Counted from the stretch's first letter, positions 30,602 through 40,603 are shown. The stretch is 63,203 nt of DNA from an uncultured Gemmatimonadaceae bacterium (GCA_964475685.1 CAYYXP010000258.1:1-63203), one strand, 5' to 3'. A program made the numbers and translations. The notes: a model not told the origin generated them from the letters alone.

Positions 30602-32166
30602 GCGCACCGGCCAAGATCACCTACACCTCGACCAGCGGCGACCTGGGCGAGTTCCACCGGCTCTTCGACGAGGCGCTCGCCGAGGTGCGCCGGTCGGCGG
30701 GCGCGCGCCATCCCTTCCATATCGCTGGCGAGGCGGTCGAGAGCCGCCTCGAGCCGCTGGTGAAACGCTCGCCGATCGACACGTCGGTCGTGCTCGGGAC
30801 CTTTGCCTGCGCCGGACCGGGAGACGTCGATCGGGCGGTGACGTCCGCGCGTGCGGCGCAGCGCGGGTGGGTCGCTCTGCCGTGGCGGGACCGGCTCGTC
30901 ATTCTCCGGCGCGCGGCCACGCTGATCCGGGAGCGGAAGTACGAGTTGGCGGCGATCATGTCGCTCGAGGTCGGCAAGAGCCGGCTCGAGGCGATGGGCG
31001 ACGCGGAGGAGAGCGCCGACCTCATCGACTACTACTGCGCCCAGGTCGAGGAGGCCGACGGCTTCGTCCGGCCGATGGGCAGGGTGACGCCGGTCGAACG
31101 GAACACCGACGTGCTGCGGCCGTACGGGGTCTTCGCCTGCATCGCGCCGTTCAACTTCCCGCTCGCGCTCTCCGCCGGGATGTCATCCGCGGCGCTGGCT
31201 GCCGGGAACGCGGTGGTCTACAAGCCCGCCGAGGACACGCCGTGGACCGGTCTCAGGATGTACGAGATCTACCGCGACGCCGGCCTGCCGGCGGGCGTCT
31301 TCAACCTCCTCTGTGGCCGGCGGGAGGACATCGGGGATCTGCTCTGGCAGCACCCCGGGATCGACGGCGTCGTGTTCACCGGCTCGAAGGCCGTCGGCAT
31401 GCGCATCCACGCGGGCCTGAGCGCCCGGTGGATCAAGCCGTGCCTGCTCGAGCTCGGCGGCAAGAACGCGGCGCTGGTGATGCCGAGCGCCGATCTCGAC
31501 GCCGCGGCCGAGGGAGTCATGCGCTCGGCGTTCAGCCTGCAGAACCAGAAATGCAGCGCCACGTCGCGTGTCTACGTGCATCGCGGCGTGATGGGGCCTT
31601 TCCTGGAGCGCCTGCTGGAGCGCACCCGGGGCATCAGGATCGGCGACCCGTCGGAGCGCGACGTCTTTTTCGGGCCGGTGATCAACCAGCGGTCGGTCGA
31701 ACGATACGAGCATGCCGTCGCCCAGGCGCGGTCGGAGGGAACGATTCTCCTCGGCGGCGCACGGCTGATCGACGGGGCCCTCGGGAAGGGATACTACGTC
31801 GCGCCGACCATCGCGCGGTTGCCGCTCTCGAGCTCGCTCTTCCGCGAGGAGCTGTTCGTCCCCTTTCTCGCCGTCGCCGAAGTGGAGAGCTTCGACCAGG
31901 CGCTGGCGGAGGCAAACGCCGTGGAGTACGGGCTCACCGCCGGCATCTTCACCGCCGACGAACGGGAGCTGGCCCGCTTCTTCGATGAGGTCGAGGCCGG
32001 CGTCTGCTACGCGAACAAGCGCACGGGCGCCACGACCGGAGCGTGGCCCGGCGCCCAGGGATTCTGCGGGTGGAAGGGCTCGGGCTCGACCGGCAAGGGT
32101 GGCTGCGGCCCATACTATGTCGCCCAGTTCATGCGGGAACAGAGCCGCACGGTGATCGAAGCGTAG
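30598..32166 (+). CDS. Aldehyde dehydrogenase, L-glutamate-gamma-semialdehyde (P5C) dehydrogenase-like
   Basis: ATGA overlap. FNFPLA, ELGGKNA, catalytic Cys in QNQKCSATSR (P5CDH-type GQKCSA), and a C-terminal TGA..G.Q.F.GWKGSG block. Confidence 0.85.
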   Translation: MSAPAKITYTSTSGDLGEFHRLFDEALAEVRRSAGARHPFHIAGEAVESRLEPLVKRSPIDTSVVLGTFACAGPGDVDRAVTSARAAQRGWVALPWRDRLVILRRAATLIRERKYELAAIMSLEVGKSRLEAMGDAEESADLIDYYCAQVEEADGFVRPMGRVTPVERNTDVLRPYGVFACIAPFNFPLALSAGMSSAALAAGNAVVYKPAEDTPWTGLRMYEIYRDAGLPAGVFNLLCGRREDIGDLLWQHPGIDGVVFTGSKAVGMRIHAGLSARWIKPCLLELGGKNAALVMPSADLDAAAEGVMRSAFSLQNQKCSATSRVYVHRGVMGPFLERLLERTRGIRIGDPSERDVFFGPVINQRSVERYEHAVAQARSEGTILLGGARLIDGALGKGYYVAPTIARLPLSSSLFREELFVPFLAVAEVESFDQALAEANAVEYGLTAGIFTADERELARFFDEVEAGVCYANKRTGATTGAWPGAQGFCGWKGSGSTGKGGCGPYYVAQFMREQSRTVIEA

Positions 32167-32187
32167 GGCTGCGACTTCTTCCGAGGA

Positions 32188-33519
32188 ATGATCGTGAGAG
32201 ACTACCCCAGGATCGTCGTGCCTCCTCCGGGCCCCCGCGCGCAGGACGTGGTGCGCCGGGACGAGGAGTGGACCTCCAGCTGCTATATCAAGGAATATCC
32301 GCTGGTGGTGGCGCGCGGCCGGGGGCCGGTGGTGGAAGACGTGGACGGGAATCGCTTTCTCGATTTCATGGCCGGTATCGCGGTGTGCTCCACCGGCTAC
32401 GGCCATCCGAAGGTGGTTGCCGCGGTCAAGGACGCCGCCGACCGCTTCCTCCATATCTGTGGGTCGGACTTCTACTACGAGGGCATGGCGGCGCTATGCG
32501 AGCGGCTGGCCCGGGTGGCGCCCGGGCCCTCGAAGAAGCGGGTCTTCCTGACCAACTCGGGGACCGAGGCCACCGAGGGGGCGATCAAGCTGGTGCGCTA
32601 CGCGACACGGCGCACGGCGATCATCGCCTTCCACGGCGCGTTTCACGGCCGCAGCACCGGCGCCGTCAGCCTCACGTCCAGCAAGGCGCGGCAGCACGCC
32701 GGGTTCGGGCCGCTGCTGCCGGACGTGCATCACGTCCCCTTCGCCTACCGTTACCGCTGCCAATGGTGCGCCGACCAGCCGGAGTGTACCCGCGGCTGCC
32801 TCGACGTCCTCGAGAAGGAGCTGTTCGTCCGCCACCTCGACCCGCACGATGTGGCCGCGATCTTCGTCGAGCCGGTCCAGGGTGAGGGCGGGTACATCAT
32901 CCCGCCCCCCGGCTACCTCCGCGGGCTCCGGGACATCTGCGACCGCTATGGGATCCTGCTCGTGGCCGACGAGGTCCAGTGCGGTGTGGGGCGGACCGGC
33001 AAGATGTTCGCGTGCGAGCACGAGGGAGTGGAGCCCGACGTCCTGCTCACCGCCAAGGGGCTTGGTTCCGGCATGCCGATCGGCGCCATCGTGGCCAAGG
33101 AGTCCATCAGCACCTGGGAGCGCGGCTCCCACGGGTCCACCTTCGGCGGCAATCCGGTCTGCTGCGCGGCCGCGCTGGCGACACTCGACCTGGTCGAGGG
33201 CGGCCTGATGGCCAACGCCGTGGCCATGGGCGATCGGCTGCAAGCCGGAATGCGCCGCCTGGCCGAGCGGCACGCCTGCATCGGCGAGGTGCGGGGGCTG
33301 GGCCTGATGGTCGGCGTGGAGTTCGTGAAGGACCGGGCCACCCGGGAGCCCGCCCCCGACATCGTCGAGGCGCTGGTGAACGGCGCCTTCCGCCGCGGCC
33401 TACTGCTCCTGGGAGCCGGAAAGAGCGTCCTTCGTCTCGCGCCGCCCCTCGTGGTGGACGAGTACGACATCGACACCGCGGTCAGGATGATCGACGAGGG
33501 ACTGACGGCCGGTTCATGA
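32188..33519 (+). CDS. Class-III aminotransferase, 4-aminobutyrate/5-aminovalerate (GabT)-like
   Basis: PPPGPRAQDVV, DVDGNRFLDFMAGIAVCSTGYGHP, SGTEATEGAIKL, LLVADEVQCGVGRTG, AKGLGSGMPIGA. Confidence 0.85.
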   Translation: MIVRDYPRIVVPPPGPRAQDVVRRDEEWTSSCYIKEYPLVVARGRGPVVEDVDGNRFLDFMAGIAVCSTGYGHPKVVAAVKDAADRFLHICGSDFYYEGMAALCERLARVAPGPSKKRVFLTNSGTEATEGAIKLVRYATRRTAIIAFHGAFHGRSTGAVSLTSSKARQHAGFGPLLPDVHHVPFAYRYRCQWCADQPECTRGCLDVLEKELFVRHLDPHDVAAIFVEPVQGEGGYIIPPPGYLRGLRDICDRYGILLVADEVQCGVGRTGKMFACEHEGVEPDVLLTAKGLGSGMPIGAIVAKESISTWERGSHGSTFGGNPVCCAAALATLDLVEGGLMANAVAMGDRLQAGMRRLAERHACIGEVRGLGLMVGVEFVKDRATREPAPDIVEALVNGAFRRGLLLLGAGKSVLRLAPPLVVDEYDIDTAVRMIDEGLTAGS

Positions 33520-34418
33520 CCAAGGTCATGTCGATGTCGTCGGCCATCGCCGCCTTCGTCCGTGACGGCGACACCCTCGTCATCGAAGGGTTCACCCACC
33601 TCATCTGTTTCGCGGCGGGGCACGAGATCATCCGGCAGCGCCGCCGCGACCTCACGCTCTGCCGGCTCACCCCCGACCTGATCTACGATCAGATGATCGC
33701 CGCGGGCTGCGCGCGGAAGCTGGTCTTCTCGTGGGCCGGCAACCCGGGCGCCGGATCGTTGCATGCTTTCCGCCGTGCGGTGGAGGGGAAGGGCGGGCCG
33801 CCGCTCGAGATCGAGGAATACTCGCACTTCGGGATGGTGGCCCGGCTGAGCGCCGGCGCGGCCCGGATGCCGTTCTGGACGATGCGCAACTACATGGGCA
33901 CCGATCTTCCCGCGGTGAACCCTCGGATCCGGACGGTGACCTGTCCCTACACGGGGGAAGAGCTTGCCACCGTCCCGGCGCTCAATCCCGACGTCACGAT
34001 CGTCCACGCCCAGCGCGCCGACGCGGAGGGGAACGCCCAGATCTGGGGCTTGCTCGGCGTGCAGAAGGAGGCGGCGTTCGCGTCGGGGCGGGTGATCGTG
34101 GTGGTGGAGGAGCTGGTGGAGCAGGCGGTCATCCGCGCCGACCCCAACCGCACTCTCATCCCCGGGGTGATCGTGGACGCCGTGGTGGTCGAGCCCTGGG
34201 GCGCGCATCCGTCGTACGCCCAGGGGTACTACGATCGGGACAACGATTTCTACGTCGGTTGGGAGGCGATCAGCCGCGACCCGGCCGCTCTGGCGCGTTA
34301 CGTCGACGACTATGTGTACGGCGTCGAGGATCGGGCGGCGTACGTGCGGAAGTGCGGGGGACTGGAACGGCTGCGGGCGTCGAGCCGCATCTGTGCGGGC
34401 GTGAACTATGGGTACTGA
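33516..34418 (+). CDS. CoA-transferase subunit A (glutaconate/3-oxoacid CoA-transferase family)
   Basis: ATGA overlap. AIAAFVRDGDTLVIEGF..., VTIVHAQRADAEGN. Paired with a B subunit downstream. Confidence 0.8.
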   Translation: MTKVMSMSSAIAAFVRDGDTLVIEGFTHLICFAAGHEIIRQRRRDLTLCRLTPDLIYDQMIAAGCARKLVFSWAGNPGAGSLHAFRRAVEGKGGPPLEIEEYSHFGMVARLSAGAARMPFWTMRNYMGTDLPAVNPRIRTVTCPYTGEELATVPALNPDVTIVHAQRADAEGNAQIWGLLGVQKEAAFASGRVIVVVEELVEQAVIRADPNRTLIPGVIVDAVVVEPWGAHPSYAQGYYDRDNDFYVGWEAISRDPAALARYVDDYVYGVEDRAAYVRKCGGLERLRASSRICAGVNYGY

Positions 34419-35190
34419 GAGGACGGAGAGGTCTTACTCCCCCGCCGAGCTCATGGCCTGCGTCGCCTCACGGGAGCTGCGCGACGGAGAGGTGGTGTTC
34501 GTCGGCATCGGCCTCCCCAATCTCGCCTGCAACCTCGCCCGCGCCACCCACGCCCCACGCATCGTCCTGATCTACGAGTCCGGCGCGGTCGGCGCGGTCC
34601 CCGAGCGGCTGCCGGTGTCCATCGGCGATCCCGCGCTCGTCACCGGATCCCTGATGGTCTGCGGTATGGCCGACGTCTTCCAGTCGTTTCTCCAGAACGG
34701 GCTAATCGAAGTCGGGTTTCTCGGCGGGGCGCAGATCGACCGGTGGGGAAACATCAACACCACGGTGGTCGGCTCCTACGAGCACCCGACGGTCCGGCTC
34801 CCGGGCAGCGGCGGTGCCGCCGAGATCGCCGTGCACGCGCAGCGCACGCTCGTGGTGAGCCGGCTCAGCCGGCGGGCGTTCCCCGAAGCAGTGGACTTCA
34901 TCACCAGCCCGGGCCACCGCGTGCGTGGTCGCTCGCGACGGGACCTGGGCATGCCCGGCGCCGGCCCGGTGAAAGTCGTGACCGACAAGGGAATTCTCGA
35001 GGCCGACGAATCGGGGGAGCTGGTTCTCGCGGCCCTGTACCCGGGGGTGGCGCCGGGCGACGTGGCGGCAGAGGTCGGATGGACCCTCCGGCAGCGTGCC
35101 ACGCTCGGGGAAGTGGAACCACCGACCGAGCGGGAGCTGCATCTTCTTCGCGACGTGCTCGACCCGCAGCGCCTCTTCCTCAAGGAATGA
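34408..35190 (+). CDS. CoA-transferase subunit B
   Basis: VFVGIGLPNLA, ESGAVG, GGAQIDRWGNIN, LPGSGGAAEIA. Confidence 0.8.
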   Translation: MGTERTERSYSPAELMACVASRELRDGEVVFVGIGLPNLACNLARATHAPRIVLIYESGAVGAVPERLPVSIGDPALVTGSLMVCGMADVFQSFLQNGLIEVGFLGGAQIDRWGNINTTVVGSYEHPTVRLPGSGGAAEIAVHAQRTLVVSRLSRRAFPEAVDFITSPGHRVRGRSRRDLGMPGAGPVKVVTDKGILEADESGELVLAALYPGVAPGDVAAEVGWTLRQRATLGEVEPPTERELHLLRDVLDPQRLFLKE

Positions 35191-35197
35191 CCCGTCG

Positions 35198-36595
35198 ATG
35201 AGCACTACCGCTACGTCCGAGCCGGCACACGCGACGCTTCCCCGCGAGCTCACGCTGCGGGACATGGTCCTGTTCAACGTGGTCGCGGTATTGAGTCTCC
35301 GGTGGTTCGCCACCGCGGCGGCGGCTGGCCCGAGCTCGATCACCCTCTGGGTGTTGGCGGGGCTCCTCTTCTTCGTGCCGCAGGGGCTCGCGGTCAGCGA
35401 CCTCTCGGCACGCTTCCCCGAAGAGGGCGGCATCTACTTCTGGACGAAGCGCGCCTTCGGCGAAGGCCACGGGTTCCTTTGCGGGTGGTGCTACTGGGTC
35501 AACAACATTCTGTACTATCCGAACCTGCTGATGTCGACGGCGGTGGTGGGCACCTACGTGATCGGTCGCGGCGAGAGCGGGCTCGCCGACAACTGGGCGT
35601 ACGTGATGCCGGCCACGCTCGCAGCCCTCTGGCTCGCCGTCGCACTCAACATTGTGGGGGTCAGGACCGGGCGCTGGCTGCAGAATCTCGGCGCGTTCGG
35701 CACCTTTCTTCCCGGTCTCCTGCTGGTAGGGCTCGGGCTCTACGCCGCATTCACCCGCCCGTCCGCGACGCCGCTGAACGCGCGGACGCTCCTCCCCGAT
35801 CTCGGGGACCTCTCCCAGCTCAACCTCTGGGCGTCGATCGCGTTCGCCTACGCGGGGCTCGAGCTCTGCGCGGTGATGGGCGGCGAGGTCCGCGACCCCC
35901 GCCGAACGCTGCCGCGCTCGATCTACATTTCGGCCCCCCTCATCGCCTTCGTCTACATCGCCGGGACCGCGGCCGTCCTCTGGATGATCCCGACGGGAGA
36001 AGTGAAGATCGTCGCCGGATTCCTCCAGGCGATATCCGTTGGCGCACGGGACATCGGAGGGGGACTCGCCTGGATCGCGCCGGCCGCCGCCGCGCTCTAC
36101 GTGGTCGGCAACATCGGGGGGGTGGGAGTGTGGCTCGCCGGGCCGGCACGTGTGGCGTTCGTCATCGGGCTCGACCGATACTTCCCGCCCGCGTTCGGAA
36201 AGGTCCACCCCAAGTGGAAGACGCCGCATGTCGCCATCCTCACGCAGGCGGTCCTGGCCACCGTCTTTCTCATCGTGTCGGTGCTGGGGAAGGGCACGAC
36301 GGTCGAGAAGGCCTACCTCGTCATTCTCGACACGATGCTCCTGGTCTATTTCATCCCGTATATCTACCTGTTCCTCTGCTATCTCGTGGTCCGGTTGAAG
36401 GACGGGAAGGGCGGAAAGGTGAGCGCCGCACTCATCGGGGGGAGCGGGCTCGCGCTCACCCTCTTCGCCATGGTGATCGCCACGGTGCCGCCGGCCGATA
36501 CCGTCGAGCCGTGGCTCTTCAGGCTGAAGGTCATCGGCGGGGCTGGCTTCTGCGTTCTGCTCGGCGGGCTGATCTACTGGCGCGGCCGCAGGTGA
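35198..36595 (+). CDS. APC-superfamily amino acid/polyamine permease
   Basis: About 12 hydrophobic segments. N-terminal LTLRDMVLFNVVAVLSLRW and FPEEGGIYFWTKRAFG. The ATG at 35198 lies inside the composite ORF 35096-36595. Confidence 0.85.
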   Translation: MSTTATSEPAHATLPRELTLRDMVLFNVVAVLSLRWFATAAAAGPSSITLWVLAGLLFFVPQGLAVSDLSARFPEEGGIYFWTKRAFGEGHGFLCGWCYWVNNILYYPNLLMSTAVVGTYVIGRGESGLADNWAYVMPATLAALWLAVALNIVGVRTGRWLQNLGAFGTFLPGLLLVGLGLYAAFTRPSATPLNARTLLPDLGDLSQLNLWASIAFAYAGLELCAVMGGEVRDPRRTLPRSIYISAPLIAFVYIAGTAAVLWMIPTGEVKIVAGFLQAISVGARDIGGGLAWIAPAAAALYVVGNIGGVGVWLAGPARVAFVIGLDRYFPPAFGKVHPKWKTPHVAILTQAVLATVFLIVSVLGKGTTVEKAYLVILDTMLLVYFIPYIYLFLCYLVVRLKDGKGGKVSAALIGGSGLALTLFAMVIATVPPADTVEPWLFRLKVIGGAGFCVLLGGLIYWRGRR

Positions 36596-39126
36596 ACCTG
36601 CCCAGGCTCTCCCTGGCAGCGGGATGCTGGCTCCTCACACTTCCCGCTGCCCTCCCGGCGCAACGCGCGCCCGTGCTCCAGCAGGTCAAGGTCCGCCATC
36701 CCTATTACTACCGCGAGATGTTCATCCCCCAGCCCACCGCCGGGCCCGGCAGTGTGGCGTGGTCTCCGGACGGGACGGAGCTGGTGTACTCGATGCAGGG
36801 AGCGCTCTGGCGCCAGCGGCTGGGGACGACCGAGGCACGGCAGCTCACCGAAGGCCCGGGGTACGACTATCAGCCCGACTGGTCTCCGGACGGGAAGAGG
36901 ATCGTGTACGCCTCCTACCGCGATGACGCGATCGAGCTCCGCCTTCTCGATCCGGCCACGGGGGACGACATGCCGCTCCTCGCGAACGGCGCCGTGAACC
37001 TGGAGCCGCGCTGGTCCCCCGACGGGAAGCGAATCGCCTTCACCTCGTCGGTCTACGAAGGGCGGTGGCACATCTTCGCCGCGGAGGTCAGCGCCGATGG
37101 TGCGGCGTCGAACGTGCAGCGTGTCACCGACGATCGCGAGAGCGGGCTGCCGCGATACTACTACGGGACGGTGGACCAGTGGCTCTCGCCGACCTGGTCC
37201 CCCGACGGCGGGGAACTGATTGCGCTCTCCAACCGGGGCCACATCTGGGGATCCGGTGGTTTCTGGCGTCTGCCGGCTGGCACCGGCGGAGCACCCCGTG
37301 AGATTCACTACGAGGAAACCACCTGGAAGGCGCGCCCCGACTGGAGCAGGGACGGCCGCCGCGTCGTCTACAGCTCCTATCTCGGGCGCCAGTGGCACCA
37401 ACTCTGGCTGATGACACCCGAGGGAGGAGATCCCCTCCAGCTCACCTATGGCGATTTCGACGCGACCGCACCGCGGTGGTCTCCCGATGGCCGTCGCGTC
37501 GCCTATATCTCCAACGAAGGCGGGAACACGTCGCTCTGGACGGTGGGTGTGCCCGGGGGACGGCGGGCTCCGGTGCGGGCGGTGACCCGGATTTATCGCT
37601 CGCCGGTCGGCAGGATTCGCCTGGTCGTGTCCGACGCGACCACCGGACGCGAGATGCCCGCGAGGGTCTCGCTCACCGGCCCCGACGGGCGGAGCTTTGC
37701 GCCGGACGATGCCTGGCGCCACGCCGACGACGGGTTCGACCGGAGTGAGCGCACGTTCGAGTACGGATATTTCCACACCTCGGGGCGGTCAGTCGTCACG
37801 GTGCCGGCCGGCGACTTCACCGTCGAGATCTCGCGGGGGCCGGAGTTCCGGGTCGAGACCCGGCGGGTGGCCGCGGTCGAGGGAAAGACGGTGTCGCTGC
37901 GGGTGGCCCTCCGACGGCTCGATGATCTGGCCGCACGGGGCTGGTACGGCGGCGATCTCCACGTCCATATGAACTACGGGGGCGCCTACCGGAACAGTCC
38001 CATTCATCTCGCCTTTCAATCCCGCGCCGAAAACGTTGCTGTCGTCGAGAACCTCATCGTCAACAAGGAGGGGCGCATCCCGGACGTGGGATACTTCCGG
38101 GGAGCGGTGGATCCCGTCTCGACCGCCTCCACCGTCATCAAGCACGATCAGGAGTTTCACACCAGCTACTGGGGACACCTCGGCCTGATCGGACTGCGGG
38201 ACCATCTCCTGCTTCCCGGATACGCCGCATACGCCAATACCGGGGCCGCGAGTCTCGATCCCACCAACGCCGACGTCGTCGACGAAGGCCGCGCGCAGGG
38301 CGGCCTCGCCGGGTACGTCCATCCGTTCGATGTCGACCCCGACCCCGCCGACACCACTCGCCCGCTCACCGCGGAGTTTCCGGTGGACGTGGCACTCGGC
38401 AAGGTGGACTACTACGAGGCGCTCGGGTTCGTGGACGACCCGACGGCCACGGCCCACGTCTGGTACCGGATCCTCAACTGCGGCTTCCGGCTGCCGGCGG
38501 GAGCCGGCACCGACGCGATGGCCAATTTCGCCTCTCTCCGGGGTCCGGTGGGGATGAACCGGGTGTACGTGCGGAGCGGAACGCCGCTCGATTACCGCCG
38601 CTGGCTGGATTCGCTGAAAGCAGGGAGAAGCTTCGCGACCAACGGTCCGCTGCTGGAATTCAGCTTGGGCGGGCGCGGGGCGGGGCAGGAGCTTCGGCTG
38701 GCGGCCGGGGAGCACGCGATCACCGCCCGGATCTCGCTTCGGTCGAACGTGGCGATCGACCATCTGGAGATCGTCGGCAACGGGGAGGTCGTTCGGGAGA
38801 TTCCGCTCGGCGGCGACCGCACGGCGGCGTCACTCTCGGTGGAGCTGCCGGTCAGCAGGAGCGGCTGGTACCTGCTTCGCGCTCGCGCCGACCGCGCGGT
38901 CTATCCGGTGCTCGATCTCTACCCCTACGCCACCACCAGCCCGGTGTATGTCTCCGTCGGCGGGGCCCCGATCCGCTCGGCGGAGGACGCCGAGTATTTC
39001 CTCCGGTGGATCGATCGCCTGGAGGCGAATGTGCGCGGAAGCAGGGAGTTCAACACCGAGGGGGAGCGGGAGCACGTGCTGGTGCTGCTGCGGGATGCGC
39101 GGGCGGAGTTCGAGCGGCGGCGCTGA
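36592..39126 (+). CDS. Secreted TolB-like PD40 beta-propeller fused to a CehA/McbA-type (PHP-fold) metallohydrolase
   Basis: GTG in a GTGA overlap. Signal LLTLPAALPAQ. Six W-S-(P/R)-D-G PD40 repeats. A beta-sandwich-like RIRLVVSDATTGREMPARVSL. Metal motif GGDLHVHMNYGG; later HPFD and AGTDAM. Confidence 0.8.
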   Translation: MNLPRLSLAAGCWLLTLPAALPAQRAPVLQQVKVRHPYYYREMFIPQPTAGPGSVAWSPDGTELVYSMQGALWRQRLGTTEARQLTEGPGYDYQPDWSPDGKRIVYASYRDDAIELRLLDPATGDDMPLLANGAVNLEPRWSPDGKRIAFTSSVYEGRWHIFAAEVSADGAASNVQRVTDDRESGLPRYYYGTVDQWLSPTWSPDGGELIALSNRGHIWGSGGFWRLPAGTGGAPREIHYEETTWKARPDWSRDGRRVVYSSYLGRQWHQLWLMTPEGGDPLQLTYGDFDATAPRWSPDGRRVAYISNEGGNTSLWTVGVPGGRRAPVRAVTRIYRSPVGRIRLVVSDATTGREMPARVSLTGPDGRSFAPDDAWRHADDGFDRSERTFEYGYFHTSGRSVVTVPAGDFTVEISRGPEFRVETRRVAAVEGKTVSLRVALRRLDDLAARGWYGGDLHVHMNYGGAYRNSPIHLAFQSRAENVAVVENLIVNKEGRIPDVGYFRGAVDPVSTASTVIKHDQEFHTSYWGHLGLIGLRDHLLLPGYAAYANTGAASLDPTNADVVDEGRAQGGLAGYVHPFDVDPDPADTTRPLTAEFPVDVALGKVDYYEALGFVDDPTATAHVWYRILNCGFRLPAGAGTDAMANFASLRGPVGMNRVYVRSGTPLDYRRWLDSLKAGRSFATNGPLLEFSLGGRGAGQELRLAAGEHAITARISLRSNVAIDHLEIVGNGEVVREIPLGGDRTAASLSVELPVSRSGWYLLRARADRAVYPVLDLYPYATTSPVYVSVGGAPIRSAEDAEYFLRWIDRLEANVRGSREFNTEGEREHVLVLLRDARAEFERRR

Positions 39127-39280
39127 CGACGCTTGGCACGCCGGTTCGTTCGCTCCAGGCGGGCGGTCGCGTGCCCACTTCCTCCCCCATACGCAGCCGC
39201 CTGCAGCACGACGAGGGGCGTGACGCTCCCGCCCGCGATGACTTACTGACCCGCCCGCGACGACGCACCAACGCGTCGGC

Positions 39281-40603
39281 CTACACCCGCTCTACTACGA
39301 TCGCGATTCCCTGACCGACCCCGATGCACATCGTGGCCAGGCCGTACCGTCCACCCGTGCGGCGGAGTGCGTGCACCAGCGTGGTGAGAATCCGGGCGCC
39401 GCTGGCGCCGAGGGGATGGCCCAGAGCGATAGCGCCGCCGTAGATGTTGACGCGGGCAGGATCGAGACCCAGTTCCCTGATGCAGGCCAGCGACTGAGCG
39501 GCGAAGGCTTCGTTGAGTTCGATCAGGTCGAGATCGCCCGCAGTGATTCCTGCCCGGGCGAGCGCCTTTCTGCTGGCGGGGATGGGCCCCAGGCCCATCA
39601 CGGCGGGGTCAACACCGGCGACCGCGCTCGACACGATGCGCGCGGGCGGCTTCAGTCCGAGTTCGCCGAGCGCGGCGGTGCTGGCCACGGCGAGCGCCGC
39701 CGCGCCGTCGTTGATCCCGCTGGACGTGCCGGCCGTGACGGTGCCGCCGCGGACAAAGGCGGGCTCGAGCCGGGCGAGCGACTCCACCGTCACTCCGGCG
39801 CGGGGCGGCTCGTCGCGGAGGACCGGCGTGGTCCCGCCGCTCGCGGGTATGTCTACCGGAACGATCTCGTCCTCGAACATGCGCGACGCGAGAGCCGCCT
39901 GAGCCCGGCGCTGGCTCTCCACGGCAAAGGCGTCCTGCTCCGTGCGACCGATCCCGTATTGCTCGGCCACCCGCTCCGCGGTCTCGCCGAGGGAGATGGT
40001 CCACGCCGCAGGCATCCGGGGGTTGACGAACCGCCATCCAACGGTCGTGTCGGCGACGGCTGGTGGCGTGCGATCCCAGGCCTTCCCCGACTTGAGCGTG
40101 ACGTAGGGCGCACGCGTCATGCTTTCGACTCCGCCGGCGATCAGCAGGTCTCCCTCGCCGGCGCGAACGGCGTGCGCGGCACTGACCACTGCCTGGAGGC
40201 CCGACCCGCAGAGACGGTTGACCGTCTGTCCGGCGACACTCACCGGCAGGCCCGCGAGGAGCGCCGCCATCCGGGCGACGTTCCTATTGTCTTCTCCCGC
40301 CTGGTTGGCGCAGCCAAAGATCACGTCCTCGATCTGGTTGACCGGAAGCCGGGCGCGTTCCACGAGACCGCGGATCGCCGCGGCGGCGAGATCGTCGGCA
40401 CGCATCTCCGCCAGCACGCCGCCGGCACGGCCGACGGGCGTTCGGACGGCGGCGGTGATGTAGGCGTCGTGGTCTTCCGGCCGGGATGCGATGGGAGGGC
40501 TCCGCGTTGGAGGTCGGAAAAGGAGAGGCTCGGGATCGCCCTGGCAGGAATGGTGGCACCGAACGGCGAATTCGGGTAGTTCCACATGCGTTGACGCCCT
40601 CAT
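39281..40603 (-). CDS. Acetyl-CoA C-acyltransferase (thiolase)
   Basis: [12 protein letters not shown] (active-site Cys), [33 protein letters not shown]. The homologous part starts near [13 protein letters not shown], so the first ~45 codons from ATG 40603 form an atypical extension and the start is uncertain. Confidence 0.85.
   Translation of the reverse strand: MRASTHVELPEFAVRCHHSCQGDPEPLLFRPPTRSPPIASRPEDHDAYITAAVRTPVGRAGGVLAEMRADDLAAAAIRGLVERARLPVNQIEDVIFGCANQAGEDNRNVARMAALLAGLPVSVAGQTVNRLCGSGLQAVVSAAHAVRAGEGDLLIAGGVESMTRAPYVTLKSGKAWDRTPPAVADTTVGWRFVNPRMPAAWTISLGETAERVAEQYGIGRTEQDAFAVESQRRAQAALASRMFEDEIVPVDIPASGGTTPVLRDEPPRAGVTVESLARLEPAFVRGGTVTAGTSSGINDGAAALAVASTAALGELGLKPPARIVSSAVAGVDPAVMGLGPIPASRKALARAGITAGDLDLIELNEAFAAQSLACIRELGLDPARVNIYGGAIALGHPLGASGARILTTLVHALRRTGGRYGLATMCIGVGQGIAIVVERV

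Noticed and set aside
39228-39264. A 15-nt direct repeat (CCCGCCCGCGATGAC / CCCGCCCGCGACGAC, 22-nt period) in the convergent spacer between the PD40-PHP and thiolase genes.
   Set aside because: It is a single imperfect duplication of GC-rich sequence with no associated structure or gene. It is most likely chance or slippage.
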